Translations under genes and position numbers: made by a program | NCBI GenBank assembly: GCA_038320275.1 | Contig: JBBQEB010000002.1 | Location: 19,473 to 83,472 of the forward strand | DNA: 64,000 nt | DNA from: Myxococcales bacterium | Lineage (GTDB): Bacteria; Myxococcota; Myxococcia; Myxococcales; Anaeromyxobacteraceae | Direction: 5' to 3' | Notes under the pieces: generated by a model | The model's input: the letters and a program-made list of their open reading frames with translations, nothing else | The model's database searches: none | What the model was told of the DNA's origin: nothing | Part shown: piece after piece, positions 61,585-64,000 of the stretch | Position numbering within the stretch: position 1 is the stretch's first letter | Layout of the letters: each line of letters starts with the position of its first letter

Positions 61585-62967
61585 ATGGCACGCCAGCCCC
61601 TGATCATGGTCCTCGCCCTCGCAGTCGCCGCTTGCGAAGGGAGCGGGTCCACCTCGTCGCTCTCCGCCGCGCAGGCCGCGGAGCTGAGGCGTCGCCATGA
61701 TGCCGGGACGCAGCCCAGCGCGGACGCCGGGATGGTTGCGCCGGACGCGGGCTCGCCCGATGCGGGCACCACCGCTCCAGACGCGGGTACCCCGCCTGGA
61801 GGCGGCGGCTCCGCTCCTCCCACCCCCTGCCTGGGCTCCGAGCTGCTCTCCTCGCTCGGCAAGGACCGCCTGCTGGTGGGCATGTCCGGCTCCGACGCCG
61901 CCGCGGCCGCAGCTCCCTACGACGTGCGGTACCAGTACATCGCCGGCAAGATCCCGGACGGCGCGGGCGCCTGCTCGCGCTGCGACACGGGCTGTTCGAC
62001 GGCGGGGACGAGCTGCGCGAACAGCGCGGGATGCGCTTGGTGGGGCTGCTGGCAGTGGGACCAGGTCGCGCCGGGCGATTACGCGCGTGGCTTCCAGGTC
62101 CGCGCCGCGTCCCGGGACGAGATCCCGATGTTCACCTATTACGTGCTGCTCCAGGCGAGCGGCGTGCCGGAGGGGACGGCCGAGGTCACGCAGGCCGCCA
62201 ACGACCGCGCGTTCATGTCGCGCTATCTCGCCGACTGGCGCTTCCTCCTGCAGCAGGTGGGCTCCAAGGTGGCCTTCCTGCATGTGGAGCCCGACTTCTG
62301 GGGCTACGCCGGGATCCTCGCCTCCCAGCGGGGCTGGCCGAGCTGCTCCGGCATCCCGGCGGCCGTGGCGAGCGCCAATCCGCGGGACTGCGGAGGCCAG
62401 CCGAACACGCTGCAGGGCCTCGGGCGATGCATGATCGCGATGGCGCGCGCCTACGCCCCGAACGCCAAGGTGGGGCTGCACGCCTCGATGTGGGGCACCG
62501 CCTACGACGTGTCCACCAATGCCAGCGCTTCCTTCGACGTCGCCACCGAAGGGCGAAAGCTGGGCACCTTCCTCGCGAGCTGCGGCGCCGCCGACGGCGA
62601 CTTCATCGTCGCGGACATGTCCGATCGCGACGCGGGGACGAACGGCCGCTGGCTCGACGCCACCAACGCGCGCCTGCCCGACTTCACCCAGCTCTGGACC
62701 TGGTCCACCGCCGTGACCGAGGCGCTGGGTAAGCCGCTCCTGTGGTGGCAGGTGCCGGTCGGAAATCAGGGCCTGGCGCCCGCCAACCGCGACAACAGGG
62801 TCGATTACCTCCTCACGCACTTGGGCGAGCTCGCGTCCTCGCACGCCATCGGGGCCGCGTTCGGCTCCGGTGCCGACGGCAACGCGAGCCCCGACAGCGA
62901 CTCCGGCAACCTCGCCGCTCGCACGAACGCGCTTCGCGCGGCGGGGGGACAACCCGTCTGCCGGTGA
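61585..62967 (+). CDS. lipoprotein of unknown function (possible glycoside hydrolase-like fold)
   Basis: Lipobox VAAC, DAG-repeat linker, Cys-rich insert, HVEPDFWGY and WWQVPVGN motifs. Confidence 0.7.
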   Translation: MARQPLIMVLALAVAACEGSGSTSSLSAAQAAELRRRHDAGTQPSADAGMVAPDAGSPDAGTTAPDAGTPPGGGGSAPPTPCLGSELLSSLGKDRLLVGMSGSDAAAAAAPYDVRYQYIAGKIPDGAGACSRCDTGCSTAGTSCANSAGCAWWGCWQWDQVAPGDYARGFQVRAASRDEIPMFTYYVLLQASGVPEGTAEVTQAANDRAFMSRYLADWRFLLQQVGSKVAFLHVEPDFWGYAGILASQRGWPSCSGIPAAVASANPRDCGGQPNTLQGLGRCMIAMARAYAPNAKVGLHASMWGTAYDVSTNASASFDVATEGRKLGTFLASCGAADGDFIVADMSDRDAGTNGRWLDATNARLPDFTQLWTWSTAVTEALGKPLLWWQVPVGNQGLAPANRDNRVDYLLTHLGELASSHAIGAAFGSGADGNASPDSDSGNLAARTNALRAAGGQPVCR

Positions 62968-63030
62968 GCCGGCGCGGGAGCCGGGCGGCCCTTCGGCAGG
63001 GGAGATACAATCCTCCCCCGAAAGGTCGCC

Positions 63031-64000
63031 ATGCTCATCGTCATGAAGCAGCACGCCGCCCCGGACGAGATCGAGGCGGTGGGAGAGAAGATCCGCGCGC
63101 TGGGGCTCACGCCGCACGCCATCCCCGGCGCCCAGCGGGTCGCGATCGGCATCACCGGCAACCGTGGTGCGCTCGAGCCGGCGGCCTTCTCGCGGATGGC
63201 GGGCGTGGCCGACGTGATCCGCGTCTCGCAGCCGTGGAAGCTCGTCTCGCGCGAGGTGAAGCCGGAGGACACCGTCCTCGACGTCGGCGGCGTGAAGCTG
63301 GGCGGAGCGGCCCTCACCGTCATCGCCGGCCCCTGCTCGGTGGAGTCGGAGGAACAGCTGCTGGAAGCAGCTCGCGGCGTGAAGGAGCATGGCGCCACCT
63401 TTCTGCGCGGCGGAGCGTACAAGCCGCGCACCAGCCCCTACGAGTTTCAGGGCCTGGGAGAGGAGGGGCTCCGGCTGCTCGCACGCGCGCGCGAAGCCAC
63501 CGGGCTCAAGATCGTGACCGAGGTGGTCGATCCCGCCGACGTGCCCATCGTGTCCGAGTACGCCGACGTCCTGCAGATCGGCGCCCGCAACATGCAGAAC
63601 TTCGCGCTCCTGAAGAAGGCCGGCCTCTCCAAGCGGCCGGTGCTCCTGAAGCGCGGGCCGGCGGCGTCGCTGAAGGAACTGCTCATGGCGGCGGAGTATC
63701 TGCTCGCGGCGGGCAACTACGCCGTCGCGCTCTGTGAGCGCGGCATCCGCACCTTCGAGACCATGACCCGCAACACGCTCGACCTCAACGCGGTGCCAGT
63801 GCTGAAGGCCCTCACGCACCTGCCGGTGGTGGTCGATCCCTCGCACGGCATCGGGCTGCGCGCCCACGTCGCCGCCATGGCGCGGGCGGCGGTCGCAGCA
63901 GGAGCGGACGGGCTCATCGTCGAGGTGCACCCGCATCCGGAGGCGGCGCTGTCCGATGGCCAGCAGTCGCTCACCGTCCCGGAGTTCGGAGCGCTCATGA
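63031..64000 (+). CDS. aroF: 3-deoxy-7-phosphoheptulonate (DAHP) synthase, type I-beta with N-terminal ACT-like domain (runs off the window end)
   Basis: Hand translation: [58 protein letters not shown]. Confidence 0.95.
   Translation, partial: MLIVMKQHAAPDEIEAVGEKIRALGLTPHAIPGAQRVAIGITGNRGALEPAAFSRMAGVADVIRVSQPWKLVSREVKPEDTVLDVGGVKLGGAALTVIAGPCSVESEEQLLEAARGVKEHGATFLRGGAYKPRTSPYEFQGLGEEGLRLLARAREATGLKIVTEVVDPADVPIVSEYADVLQIGARNMQNFALLKKAGLSKRPVLLKRGPAASLKELLMAAEYLLAAGNYAVALCERGIRTFETMTRNTLDLNAVPVLKALTHLPVVVDPSHGIGLRAHVAAMARAAVAAGADGLIVEVHPHPEAALSDGQQSLTVPEFGALM

Overview
GC-rich bacterial chromosomal segment whose gene content points to Myxococcota, most likely Anaeromyxobacter-like (TIGR04551-type outer-membrane protein, MYXO-CTERM sorting tail, (GGTCGN)n intergenic repeats); this taxonomy is inferred, not checked against a database. 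Most of the window is housekeeping: nadE, tkt-sixA-treY-malQ, gluQ-miaE, pepA, queF, spmAB, mce, argH-lptM-lysA-dapA-dapB-FAH-folK, pepD, asparaginase, kdsD, tal and aroF. An accessory block at about 24.9-37.2 kb holds a tripartite tricarboxylate transporter with tartrate/D-malate dehydrogenase, a sigma54 ZraPSR/CpxP-like module, a lipid kinase-phosphoesterase-PAP2 trio, a CDF transporter, and ZIP, AI-2E and transposase remnants. Three observations stand out. (1) An isocitrate lyase carries a C-terminal hemerythrin-like (H..HxxxE..H..HxxxE) di-iron domain. (2) A highly structured non-coding element of about 400 bp occurs in two inverted copies bracketing pepD. (3) A Spy/CpxP/ZraP-like protein has a Cys/His/Gly metallothionein-like tail and sits under a clear sigma54 promoter with palindromic enhancer sites. 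No rRNA, tRNA or CRISPR array was seen. All family calls come from motif recognition by eye.
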